Positions 54,144-63,306 of a DNA stretch of 64,000 bases are shown here, piece after piece. The notes below the pieces were generated by a model. The model saw only the letters and a list, made by a program, of their open reading frames with translations. It ran no database searches and was not told where the DNA came from. Both the position numbers and the translations under genes were made by a program. The stretch spans positions 2,370 through 66,369 of the forward strand of contig JBGVQK010000077.1 of assembly GCA_045127455.1 (NCBI GenBank), read 5' to 3'. This DNA comes from Eubacteriales bacterium. Lineage in GTDB: Bacteria > Bacillota > Clostridia > Oscillospirales > CAG-272. Position 1 is the stretch's first letter, and the number at the start of each line of letters is the position of its first letter.

Positions 54144-55778
54144 TTATGAGAGATTTTTTATATAATCCTCAAGCTCGCTCTTTATGACCGAGACCTGTGG
54201 ACCGTAAACGACCTGCACGCCGCCGCCGCGACGAATAACGCCGCGCGCACCGCTCGCCTTGAGCAGATCGTCCGAAACGAGGCTCTCATCCTTGACCGTT
54301 ACGCGCAAGCGCGTTGCACAGCAATCAAGCGTGATGACGTTCTCGCGACCGCCAAGTCCTTCGAGGATCATCTGCGAGACGGTGTGGTCTTCCCCACTCT
54401 TTTTTGCGTTCTTCTTTTCGTTGTAGTCGGCACGGGTGTAAAGCTTGACCTCTTCTTCTCCCTCCTCGCGCCCGGGCGTTGCATAGTTGCGACGGCGAAT
54501 AAGGAAGCGGAACAAGAAGAAATAAACGATAAAATACGCCGCGCCTACCAAGGGGATCATCAGCCAATTTGTTTTTTCGTTGCCTTGCAGAATACCAAAA
54601 AGGGTCAGGTCGATAAGACCGCCAGAAAAGGTCATTCCCACGCCAACGTTCAAAAGGTGCATCAGCATATAGGCAAGCCCTGCCAGCACCGAGTGGATGA
54701 CGTAAAGCACGGGCGCAACAAATAAGAAGGTGAACTCGATGGGCTCGGTAATGCCCGTGAGCATTGAGGTGAGTGCGGCAGAAAGCAAAAGTCCGCCTGC
54801 TACCTTTCTTTTTTCCGCTTTTGCACAGGTATACATTGCGAGCGCCGCGCCGGGCAAACCAAAGATCATAAGCGGGAATTTACCGCTCATAAAACGGCAC
54901 GCCTCAACCGAAAATCGCGTGGTATTGGGAGACGCGAGTTCGGCAAAGAAGATGTTTTGCGCACCGTAGACCATCACACCGTCGATCATTGCCGAGCCGC
55001 CCACGCCCGTTTGCCAGAACGGCAGATAGAACACGTGGTGCAATCCGAAAGGAATCAGGATGCGCTCGATAAAGCCGTAAATGAGCGTTCCCGCGTACCC
55101 CGAGCGCAAAACAAGGTCGCCAAGGGCGTAAATGCCCGTTTGCACAAAGGGCCAAAGAAAGAACATCAAGACACCTACCAGAATATAGGCGAGCGTGGAG
55201 ATGATGGGCACAAAGCGCGTGCCGCCAAAAAAGGAAATGACGGTGGGCAGCTTGATCTTATAAAATCGGTTGTGCAGCCACGCCACGCCAAGACCGACGA
55301 TGATACCGCCAAACACGCCCATTTGCAAGGACTCGATACCAACCACGTTTGCCACAGTTCCCTCGGGCATTGCTCCTTCGGCAAGCTTGCCGCTGACAGA
55401 AAGCAGCGTGCTGATGGTTTTGTGCATAACAAAGAAGGCAATGGCTGCCGAAAGCGTTGCGGTTGCTTTTTCGTTCTCCGCCATACCAAGCGCTACACCC
55501 ATGGCAAACAGGAGCGGCAGGTTATCAAAAATGACCGTTCCCACCGATGCCAAGAGTGAGAAAATGGTATACGGAATTGTGCCCGGGCCCATAATTTCCA
55601 AAAGTTTATATGCTTCCAGCGTTGCCTCATTGGTAAAGGATGCGCCCACGCCCAAGAGAAGCCCCGCTATGGGCAAAAGGGCGATGGGGAGCATAAATGC
55701 GCGCCCTACGCGCTGCAAGACCTCAAAAAAGCCGCTGCCAAATTTTCGTTTTTTATCAACCGTTGGTGTGTTTGTCAT
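54144..55778 (-). CDS. PTS glucose/N-acetylglucosamine-family EIICB component
   Basis: Start set at MTNTPTVDKKRKFG. Polytopic EIIC region. The C-terminal EIIB has LDCCATRLRV (phospho-Cys motif). Confidence 0.85.
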   Translation of the reverse strand: MTNTPTVDKKRKFGSGFFEVLQRVGRAFMLPIALLPIAGLLLGVGASFTNEATLEAYKLLEIMGPGTIPYTIFSLLASVGTVIFDNLPLLFAMGVALGMAENEKATATLSAAIAFFVMHKTISTLLSVSGKLAEGAMPEGTVANVVGIESLQMGVFGGIIVGLGVAWLHNRFYKIKLPTVISFFGGTRFVPIISTLAYILVGVLMFFLWPFVQTGIYALGDLVLRSGYAGTLIYGFIERILIPFGLHHVFYLPFWQTGVGGSAMIDGVMVYGAQNIFFAELASPNTTRFSVEACRFMSGKFPLMIFGLPGAALAMYTCAKAEKRKVAGGLLLSAALTSMLTGITEPIEFTFLFVAPVLYVIHSVLAGLAYMLMHLLNVGVGMTFSGGLIDLTLFGILQGNEKTNWLMIPLVGAAYFIVYFFLFRFLIRRRNYATPGREEGEEEVKLYTRADYNEKKNAKKSGEDHTVSQMILEGLGGRENVITLDCCATRLRVTVKDESLVSDDLLKASGARGVIRRGGGVQVVYGPQVSVIKSELEDYIKNLS

Positions 55779-56256
55779 AACGATCCTTTCCCTGCAAGCT
55801 GTAGCACATAAGGGCATCCTTGCCGCCTGTGCAAGCCCCGAGCTTGTAATCTATATTTTGAATTTTGTCGGGCTCGGTGACGACCACCGAGCAAATGGCA
55901 GAAAGACCGCGCGAGCGAATGAGGTCAAGGTCGGCTTCTGCCATCAATTGCCCTGCGTGCACGTAGTCCCCGGGGGAAACGTGCGACACAAAGCCCTCGC
56001 CCGAAAGGCTGACCGTATCCACCCCAATGTGCACCAAAATGTCGGTGCCGTCCTCGCTCATCAGGGTAAATGCGTGGCGTGAATCGGTTATCGAGGTCAC
56101 GGTGGCGTCTATGGGGGCAAAGATCTTCCCCTCTACGGGCTCTACGGCAACTCCCTTGCCCAAAAGCTCACCCGAGAACACCTCGTCGGGAACCTCTGAA
56201 AGCGGTATCGCCTTGCCTGTGCAAATCGCAATCAAGCATTCTGTTTTTGTTTCCAT
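55756..56256 (-). CDS. crr: PTS glucose-family EIIA component
   Basis: DEVFSGELLGKGVAVEP and LVHIGVDTVSL (active-site His region). Confidence 0.85.
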   Translation of the reverse strand: METKTECLIAICTGKAIPLSEVPDEVFSGELLGKGVAVEPVEGKIFAPIDATVTSITDSRHAFTLMSEDGTDILVHIGVDTVSLSGEGFVSHVSPGDYVHAGQLMAEADLDLIRSRGLSAICSVVVTEPDKIQNIDYKLGACTGGKDALMCYSLQGKDRYDKHTNG

Positions 56257-56274
56257 TATTTCATCCTCCCAAAA

Positions 56275-57918
56275 TTATTGACATTCGAGCACACGCTCGC
56301 GCAATTCCAAAAGATACGGCGCCGCGACCGATAATTCATCCACACGCATATCGCAAAAGCGTTGGGTGAGCGAAAGATCGGCGGCAAGCTCACCGCAAAT
56401 GCCGATCCATCCGCCTGCGGCGTGAATTGCCTCTGCTGCCGATGCGATCAGGCGCAAAACCGGCTCGCGATTGGATCTGCAAAGCGCCTCGACGTGTGGA
56501 TTTTGGCGGTCTGCCGCCAAGGTGTATTGCAAAAGATCGTTTGTGCCCACCGAGAAAAAGTCGACCTCGGCGGCAAGCTCGCGGCACATAATGGCGGCGG
56601 CAGGTGTTTCGATCATAATGCCGACCTCGAGGTCTTTATCGTAGCGCTCGCCCTTTGCCGAAAGCGCTTGCATACATTCCGTGATCAGCTCGCGGCAGGC
56701 ACGGACCTCGTCGACACTCACGATCATAGGGAGCATCAAGGCGACCTTTCCGTGCGCGGAAGCGCGCAGAATGGCACGTATCTGCTCGCAAAAAAGGGTT
56801 CGTTCACGCAAGCAAAGGCGCACACCGCGCAGCCCGAGAGCGGGATTTTCCTCGCGGGGCAAGGAAAGATAGGACACCTGCTTATCCGCCCCCACGTCGA
56901 GCGTGCGAATGACCACGCGCCGCCCCGACATTCGCTCGGCAACCGTACGGTAGCTTTGATAAAGCTGTTCCTCTTCGGGCTCGTGATCGAGTGAAAGATA
57001 TAAAAATTCGCTGCGCAAAAGCCCGATGCCGTCGGCACCGCCCGAAAGAACTGCGTCTATCTCCTCTTCCCCACCAACGTTTGCGTAAATGAGGATGCGG
57101 TGTCCCCCCTTGGTAGTGGCGGGTTTGTTTAAAAGCGTGTGCAAAGCAAGCTCACGCTCGGTTGCTTTCTTTGCGTTTTTTGCGCAACGTGTAGAGAATT
57201 TCGCCTTTTCATCCTCGCTCGGCGAGAGGGTGAGCGTTCCAACCTCGGCATCGAGAAGCGCAACCGTTCCGTCGTAATCTGCCGAGATCTCTCCCGCACA
57301 GACCAATGCGGGAATGCCCATAGCGCGCGCCAAAATAGCGGTGTGCGAGTTGGGCGAGCCCTCAAAGGTGACAAAGCCGAGCAGCGCGGAACGGTCAAGC
57401 CCCACCGTTTGCGAGGGTGTCAAGTCGCGCGCAACCAAAATATACGGCTCGCCCGTTTCTTCCCCGTTGGCTCTCTCTGTGCCCGACAGATGGGAAAGGA
57501 TCTGCCCACAGACGTCCTCAACGTCCGCCGCGCGCGCGCAGAGATACGGATCATCAAGCATTGACAGCTCGGCGGAAAGTGCATCCCTTGCCGCACTCAC
57601 CGCCGCCTCGGCAGAAAGTCCGCACGAAAGAGAAAGCTCTATTCGCTCAAGCAGATCCTCGTCCTCAAGAAACATTGCGTGAATGGCAAAAATTTCGGCA
57701 GCCTCTGCCCCAATGTCTCGCTCGGCTGTTTTTTGCAAATTGGAAAGAGAACGCTTCACGCCCTCGATCGCATCCAACAAGCGGATGCGTTCCTCTCCTA
57801 TTCCGCGCCCTTTGGTGGCTTCTGCTTGCCTGCGTGTGTGCAAAAAGCGCAGCTTGCCAACGGCACACCGAGAGCCTATGCCCGTGCCGCGCACGACCTT
57901 AGTTTTCGACGTCATCAT
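56275..57918 (-). CDS. ptsI: Phosphoenolpyruvate-protein phosphotransferase (Enzyme I)
   Basis: Start set at MMTSKTKVV. Active-site region is GSPNSHTAILARAMGIPALV. C-terminal PEP-utilising domain has GTNDL. The exact start (57918 or 57915) is uncertain. Confidence 0.9.
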   Translation of the reverse strand: MMTSKTKVVRGTGIGSRCAVGKLRFLHTRRQAEATKGRGIGEERIRLLDAIEGVKRSLSNLQKTAERDIGAEAAEIFAIHAMFLEDEDLLERIELSLSCGLSAEAAVSAARDALSAELSMLDDPYLCARAADVEDVCGQILSHLSGTERANGEETGEPYILVARDLTPSQTVGLDRSALLGFVTFEGSPNSHTAILARAMGIPALVCAGEISADYDGTVALLDAEVGTLTLSPSEDEKAKFSTRCAKNAKKATERELALHTLLNKPATTKGGHRILIYANVGGEEEIDAVLSGGADGIGLLRSEFLYLSLDHEPEEEQLYQSYRTVAERMSGRRVVIRTLDVGADKQVSYLSLPREENPALGLRGVRLCLRERTLFCEQIRAILRASAHGKVALMLPMIVSVDEVRACRELITECMQALSAKGERYDKDLEVGIMIETPAAAIMCRELAAEVDFFSVGTNDLLQYTLAADRQNPHVEALCRSNREPVLRLIASAAEAIHAAGGWIGICGELAADLSLTQRFCDMRVDELSVAAPYLLELRERVLECQ

Positions 57919-58198
57919 CCCGCAAAACCGTCCCCGTTGGATTCCAATGCTTGTGACAAAAATTTTCGAGTTCGAGAGCCGCGCGCTCTTCATCCTCACC
58001 ATTTAGTGAAAAGGTCAAGGTCGTGCCGCAAACAGCTCCCAGCATCATAAGCGCGATCAGACGCTTGGCGTCCGCCGTTTTGCCGTTTGCCCTGACGCTG
58101 ATATCGGAAGCAAATTTTTTGGCGGTAGCTGCAAGTCTGCCAGCGGGGCGCGCGTGCATACCGTCTTTATCGACAATGGTATAGGTAAATTCTTTCAT
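57899..58198 (-). CDS. ptsH: Phosphocarrier protein HPr (His15 present, Ser46 replaced)
   Basis: Start set at MKEFTYTIVDKDGMHARPAG (His15 motif). The Ser46 region reads GKTADAKRLIALMMLG, whereas canonical HPr has KSIMGVMSLG. Confidence 0.85.
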   Translation of the reverse strand: MKEFTYTIVDKDGMHARPAGRLAATAKKFASDISVRANGKTADAKRLIALMMLGAVCGTTLTFSLNGEDEERAALELENFCHKHWNPTGTVLRDDDVEN

Positions 58199-58336
58199 TT
58201 TCTCACTCCTGTGCGGCAAATTGCCCTTTGACAACCGCCGATTTTTGCCTTTGCTTCTATTTTGCCGATTTACGGGCGGATTATACCGATTACGAGTGTA
58301 AAATTCGAATCGCTCAACGAATAATGATAAAGCAAA

Positions 58337-58365
58337 TTGCATTTTTCATACTTTTATGTTATAAT
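58337..58365 (+). promoter_or_regulatory. Consensus sigma-A promoter of the sigma-fusion gene
   Basis: TTGCAT-17 nt-TATAAT with a TGT extended -10. Confidence 0.65.
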
Positions 58366-58449
58366 TTTTTGTCGGTTGAACCTTTTGATACTTTTCTTCG
58401 ACTATATAAGTGAAATCGATTTCAAAATCATTTACAAGGAGGTGATAAT

Positions 58450-59718
58450 GTGAGTGAATTTGAAAAGCTATTGCAAGAAAATCTCGTGCCTCTTCAACGT
58501 TATGTGAAATTTAAGATTAGCAATAAACACGATGCTGAAGATATTATTCAAGAGGTCTGCCTTACCGCAACAGTAAAGTTTGAATCCATAAAAAATGTAT
58601 CTGCTTTTAAGGCATGGCTTATTGGTATTGCACACAACAAGTGTAACGACTACTACAGACAGAAAGCAAAGAATATGGATATTTCTTTGGAATCCTTGTC
58701 AGAATCAGCGTTGAGCACCGGTAGATTTGGAATCACCGAGCAAAGCATTGTAAGAGATACTTTAGATGTAATTGGTGATAAAGAAAAACAAATTCTATAT
58801 CTCTATTTCTTTAAAAATCATTCGCAAGAAGACATTGCAAAACAGCTTGAAATTCCAATCGGCACAGTAAAAAGCCGTTTGCATTACGCAAAAGAAAAAT
58901 TCAAACAACATTACCCTCACAAAGAAACACCAAAAGGAGAAACGACTATGAAAAAATTACCTGAATATTTACCAAAATATAAAATTGAAACAAGTACCGA
59001 AGCCCCCTTCTCTGTAAAATGGGAAGAACTTATGGGATGGTTCTTGATTCCCAAACTTGGTGAAAAAATGTCTTGGGGTATGTACTATATTCCTTCCCGC
59101 AAATGCAGCCACGTTTATGATATGCAAGTTACAGGCAAAGCCAAAGTTCACGGCATTGAGGGTGTGGAGCTTACCGCAAGAGAAGCATCCTACTCAAACA
59201 AGAATGAAGTAATCAATCGTACTTTTGTCGCACAACTCACAGATACGCATTGTCGTTACCTTGCAACACTCCGAAACGACGGAGACGTTCGCAATTACAT
59301 TACTTTCCTTGACGGCGATGAATTTATGCCGAACTGGGGATTTGGAGAAGATAATTGCGGAAACGAAACAAACCTGTCTGTTAAAGGCGATATCCAGAGA
59401 ATTGGAAATTCTGTTACAAGTGTAGATAAAGATTTTCTGCTCGATATTGTCGGCAGATATACCGTTACCATCAGCGGCAAAAGCTATGATACCGTATGCG
59501 TGATGGATATTGAAACCTATAACTGCGGTGTTGTTTCCGAACAATTTTTGGACAAAAACGGAAAGACTATTCTGTGGCGCAGATATAACAAAAACGATTG
59601 GGCAAACAAGCATTACAAAAAGTTGTGGACAGAAATGCTTCCTGAAAACGAACGGCTCATCATCAATGGCGAAACCTACGTGCATTGGTATGATTGCGTA
59701 ACCGATTATATTTTCTAA
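58450..59718 (+). CDS. ECF-type sigma-70 factor fused in frame to a roughly 255-aa soluble C-terminal domain of unknown function
   Basis: GTG start after AAGGAGGTG. Region 2 is DAEDIIQEVCLTA. Region 4 is SQEDIAKQLEIPIGTVKSRLHYAKEKFK. There is an internal AAAGGAGA-N7-ATG at 58933-58950 in the same frame. No TM segment. Confidence 0.75.
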   Translation: MSEFEKLLQENLVPLQRYVKFKISNKHDAEDIIQEVCLTATVKFESIKNVSAFKAWLIGIAHNKCNDYYRQKAKNMDISLESLSESALSTGRFGITEQSIVRDTLDVIGDKEKQILYLYFFKNHSQEDIAKQLEIPIGTVKSRLHYAKEKFKQHYPHKETPKGETTMKKLPEYLPKYKIETSTEAPFSVKWEELMGWFLIPKLGEKMSWGMYYIPSRKCSHVYDMQVTGKAKVHGIEGVELTAREASYSNKNEVINRTFVAQLTDTHCRYLATLRNDGDVRNYITFLDGDEFMPNWGFGEDNCGNETNLSVKGDIQRIGNSVTSVDKDFLLDIVGRYTVTISGKSYDTVCVMDIETYNCGVVSEQFLDKNGKTILWRRYNKNDWANKHYKKLWTEMLPENERLIINGETYVHWYDCVTDYIF

Positions 59719-59740
59719 TCTGCGTTGAATTTACAATAAT

Positions 59741-59777
59741 AAAATGGCACCTTCCAAACGGAAAGTGCCATTTTTTA
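59741..59777. terminator. Bidirectional intrinsic terminator
   Basis: AAAATGGCAC(C)TTCC-AAAC-GGAA(A)GTGCCATTTTTT. Confidence 0.85.
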
Positions 59778-59785
59778 ATTATGCA

Positions 59786-60112
59786 TTATCGATAGTACAC
59801 ATAGAAAACAATAATTGTGCGTTCTTTGCCGCCGTGCTCAAGGTCGGGGGCGGTGATGACTACGCCATCCTTGGAGAGTAGCTCCCAGGCTTGCATCTGG
59901 TCGATCTTGCAACGAAAAATAACATCTGCCGAGGCAAACACGATCATTTCATCGTTGCGAATGTTCAGTCCGCCGTTGCGCCCGATGACCTCGTCCACAC
60001 CGTTCACCTTTTCGGTTACGTAGCGGATGTGGTGGTTTGCCATTTGCTTTGCCATTTCCCAACGATATGCCTTGCTGTTGGGGTCCTTTTTGCGAGAAAA
60101 GAGTTTGAACAT
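59786..60112 (-). CDS. Hypothetical 108-aa protein
   Basis: ORF in an operon-like position downstream of the methyltransferase gene. No motif recognised. Confidence 0.5.
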   Translation of the reverse strand: MFKLFSRKKDPNSKAYRWEMAKQMANHHIRYVTEKVNGVDEVIGRNGGLNIRNDEMIVFASADVIFRCKIDQMQAWELLSKDGVVITAPDLEHGGKERTIIVFYVYYR

Positions 60113-60139
60113 AGTCTATCTCCTTTTATCCTTCAATCA

Positions 60140-61324
60140 TCAAAACGAGACTTTTTTGTCGCCCACCAAAAACGCCTTTGCCGCAAGGTATTCCTCGCGC
60201 AGCTTTTGGGCTTCGGGGGATGCGGGATCAAAATTGCGACGCCTCAGGGCGCGCAGCATAACGTTCTTTGGGGTCTCCTCGGGGTCGATGAGCTCAAGTG
60301 CGCACACAGAATAACCGCAAGCCTCAAGTCTTTTCAGGCGCAAGGCATCGGTTGCCGCATCGCAGAGCTTTTGGCGCAGCATAGAGTGCTTTGCAATAAA
60401 GGAGAGCGCCTCACACTCGAGCGTGTGGTTCATTTCGTGGTGGCAGCAGGGGGTGGAAAGAATGACGTCAGCTTGCCACTCGGTGGCTTTATTCAGCACA
60501 AAATCGGTGGCAATATCGCAGGCGTGCAAGGAGATTACCAAATGCACGTGCTCGTCGCACTCGTATTTGTTGACGTCACCGCAAAGGAATTCCAAGCCGT
60601 CAAAGTGCAGCTTTTTTGCAACCTCGTTGCAGTATGCCACAACGTCGGGCTTGAGGTCAACGCCCGTCATTTTGACGTCTCTGTGCAAAACCTCGGTAAA
60701 ATAGTGATACGCCGCAAAGGAAAGATAGCTTTTTCCGCAGCAGAGGTCGCAAATGCGGAGCGTTCCCTCGGTGGGAAGATGCCCGATGCAATCGCGAATG
60801 AGCTCGAGAAAGCGGTTGATCTGACGGAACTTTGATTGCCTTTTGTCGCGCACGCGTCCGTTTTCGTCGCTGACATCGAGAAGCTTGAGAAAGGGCTCGC
60901 TGCCCAAAAGAATATAATTCTTTTCGCGGTTGTTGCTCTCAATTTTGGCGCACGGTGCATCGTTCTCGGCAAGCGCGCGAGCGAGCTTGTCGCCACCCAA
61001 AAGCGTGACCTTTCCCTTTTTTGAGGAGCGCAATTCCGCATCTCCCTGCGTGGTGATGAGATTGATCTGCGCCCAAGCAGATGCGACCTCGCCAAGGCGT
61101 GCGGTATCGTCGGTTGCAACGTTTTCGTGCATCGCTTTGTTATCGGCGCGCATCGTTTCGGCTTGCAAAACGGTCTTGCCGCCCATGCGTCGCAAGGTCA
61201 AGGTGCACTTGACGTTGGCGGGATCGGCAGGCTTGGAGAGCACCGCTTTTTTCAGGCTTCCCTTTTTTGCCGCTGCCGAGATCAATTCAACGATTTTTAG
61301 GTATACCTCATTCATCGTCCTCAT
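60140..61324 (-). CDS. Class I SAM-dependent methyltransferase
   Basis: RICDLCCGKSYLS (motif I-like) and ISLHACDIATD. The start could be M1 (61324) or M4 (61315). Confidence 0.65.
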   Translation of the reverse strand: MRTMNEVYLKIVELISAAAKKGSLKKAVLSKPADPANVKCTLTLRRMGGKTVLQAETMRADNKAMHENVATDDTARLGEVASAWAQINLITTQGDAELRSSKKGKVTLLGGDKLARALAENDAPCAKIESNNREKNYILLGSEPFLKLLDVSDENGRVRDKRQSKFRQINRFLELIRDCIGHLPTEGTLRICDLCCGKSYLSFAAYHYFTEVLHRDVKMTGVDLKPDVVAYCNEVAKKLHFDGLEFLCGDVNKYECDEHVHLVISLHACDIATDFVLNKATEWQADVILSTPCCHHEMNHTLECEALSFIAKHSMLRQKLCDAATDALRLKRLEACGYSVCALELIDPEETPKNVMLRALRRRNFDPASPEAQKLREEYLAAKAFLVGDKKVSF

Positions 61325-62063
61325 CCTCGGCTTTCTTTTTGCGTTTTAGGTGAATATATTGACTGATATAGAATTTTTCTTCCTCGCCTTCTTGCACGCG
61401 ACGGAAATCCGGCCAATGCACGATCAGCAAAACACCGGTTACAAACACCGCCATTGCCAGCTGCAAGCCGCTATTGGCAAAGCTTTTGACAAACAGAGCG
61501 AACAAAAGCGTAATGGCAACCGAGCCGAACGCCACAAGCTTGGAGCTGATTACGGCAAGCAAAAAGATGCCAACCAAAAGAATTGTAATAATAGGGTTCA
61601 GCGCAGCAGAAGCACCGATCATTGTGACAATGCCCTTGCCCCCCGACATACGGTGAAAAACGGGAAAGAGATTGCCAAACACGACCATAAACAAGGCAAG
61701 TCCCGCTCCGTTGGCTTCCCAGATCAATCTGCCGACCCAAATAGCCGCAAAGCCGATGCAAAACTCACACACGGCATTGATCGCCGCCGGCTTGCTACCG
61801 CAGGAAAGCAACACATTGTAGGTGGATGCTTTCTTTTTGCCTACGGTGCGAATGTCAATATCGCAAACGTGACGGCAGATGAGAATGGCGGGTGAGATGC
61901 TGCCCATAAGATAAGGAATGGCAATGCACAAAATGGCGCCCACAATGTTTGCGGCAATGCTGCCACCAACCGAAAGCTCAAAATTTGTAATGAACCAGTC
62001 AACCAAGTTCCAAAATTTTGTAATCACCGGAGCTTCCCCCGCGGCGGTTAAAAAAACGTTCAT
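61308..62063 (-). CDS. plsY: Glycerol-3-phosphate acyltransferase PlsY-like (with N-terminal extension and acidic tail)
   Basis: Start set at MNVFLTAAG, just after the upstream stop. Motifs GSISPAIL...DIRTVGKKKAS...FPVFHRMSGGKGIVT resemble the PlsY signature (FPVF..FKGGKGVAT). Confidence 0.7.
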   Translation of the reverse strand: MNVFLTAAGEAPVITKFWNLVDWFITNFELSVGGSIAANIVGAILCIAIPYLMGSISPAILICRHVCDIDIRTVGKKKASTYNVLLSCGSKPAAINAVCEFCIGFAAIWVGRLIWEANGAGLALFMVVFGNLFPVFHRMSGGKGIVTMIGASAALNPIITILLVGIFLLAVISSKLVAFGSVAITLLFALFVKSFANSGLQLAMAVFVTGVLLIVHWPDFRRVQEGEEEKFYISQYIHLKRKKKAEDEDDE

Positions 62064-62073
62064 GTATCCTCCA

Positions 62074-63153
62074 TTAGAAGAGCTCGATGAGTTCCTTCGG
62101 GCTCTTTGTAAAGTTGCGGATCGTGCCGTCGTTGCAAACGGCAACCATATCCTCAATGCGGCAACCGTATTTGCCTTCGATGTAAATGCCGGGCTCAAAG
62201 GTTACAACGTGTCCGCGCTCAAGCACGCTTGCGTTATCTGCCTTGGGCGAGAGACGGGGCTCCTCGTGAATGAACATTCCCACACCGTGGCCGAGGGAGT
62301 GACCGAAGCAGCCCTTATATCCCGCGCCGTGAATGACGTTGCGTGCGGCAGTATCCAGCGCGTGGCAGGATACTCCCTCGGCAGCGGCCTCAAGCGCTAC
62401 GGTCTGCGCCAGAAGAACGGTGTTATAAACCTTTTTGATCTCCTCGTCGGCACGGCCGAGAACGACCGTACGCGTCATATCCGAGCAGTAACCGTCAACA
62501 CGTGCGCCAAAGTCCATGGTCAAAAAGCCTCGCTCAAGCTTAACGGGGCGCGGCACACCGTGGGGGCGAGAGGAATTGGTGCCCGAGACGGCAATGGTCT
62601 CAAATGCCAAGCCCTGCGCACCCTGGCGGCGCATAAACATTTCAAGCTCAAGGGCAACGTCGATCTCGGTCATTTCGGGAGTGAGGACCTTGAGGATGTG
62701 TGCGAAAGCCGCATCGGTAACACTTTGTGCGCGCGCGATGATCTCCAATTCTTCGTCGCTCTTGTGCAGGCGCAGCTGTGCCAGGAGTGCGGATGCGCCC
62801 CCTTCAAGGGTAACGCCAACAAACAAGCTACTGTATCGCTGATAGGATGCGTAAGAAAGTGCGTCCTCTTCGATCAGCACGCGTGTGCAGTTGTGTTCGC
62901 CAAGCAGCGTACGAATGGCATCGGTCGCGCCCTTTTCGGGGGTGAGCACTTGCATATCGGCGCACACATTTTCTTTTGCAGCTTCCACGTAGCGGAAGTC
63001 GGTTAAGAGATACGCATCCTTTTGCAAAACGAGAACGGCACCGTCCTGGAACTCAAAGCCCGAAAGATACTGCTGGCTGAGTTCATTGGTAATAATGGCG
63101 GCATCATAGCCTTTTTCTATTAGTAATGCTTGAAAATTCTTTAAATTTGACAT
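62074..63153 (-). CDS. M24-family Xaa-Pro aminopeptidase
   Basis: Start set at MSNLKNFQ (RBS AAGAGGA). Motifs DFGARVDGYCSDMTRT, HSLGHGVGMFIHEEP, FEPGIY, IEDMV. Confidence 0.85.
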   Translation of the reverse strand: MSNLKNFQALLIEKGYDAAIITNELSQQYLSGFEFQDGAVLVLQKDAYLLTDFRYVEAAKENVCADMQVLTPEKGATDAIRTLLGEHNCTRVLIEEDALSYASYQRYSSLFVGVTLEGGASALLAQLRLHKSDEELEIIARAQSVTDAAFAHILKVLTPEMTEIDVALELEMFMRRQGAQGLAFETIAVSGTNSSRPHGVPRPVKLERGFLTMDFGARVDGYCSDMTRTVVLGRADEEIKKVYNTVLLAQTVALEAAAEGVSCHALDTAARNVIHGAGYKGCFGHSLGHGVGMFIHEEPRLSPKADNASVLERGHVVTFEPGIYIEGKYGCRIEDMVAVCNDGTIRNFTKSPKELIELF

Positions 63154-63244
63154 ATTCAAATCCTCTTTCCTATTGCTTTTCTTCATTATATCACAAAAAT
63201 AGCAAAAAGTATAGTCCCTGCAAAAATTTTTTTCGCTTCTCTTT

Positions 63245-63278
63245 TGCGACAAATTTATCGGTGGTGCGGCAGTATAAT
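63245..63278 (+). promoter_or_regulatory. spoIIG-type promoter with 0A-box-like element and over-long spacer
   Basis: TGCGACA (compare the reverse 0A box TTCGACA) ends 21 nt upstream of TATAAT (63273-63278). This geometry resembles the Spo0A-dependent B. subtilis spoIIG promoter, which has a 22-bp spacer. Confidence 0.45.
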
Positions 63279-63306
63279 AAGAGTGATGGTAAAAGGAGGC
63301 TTTTTT

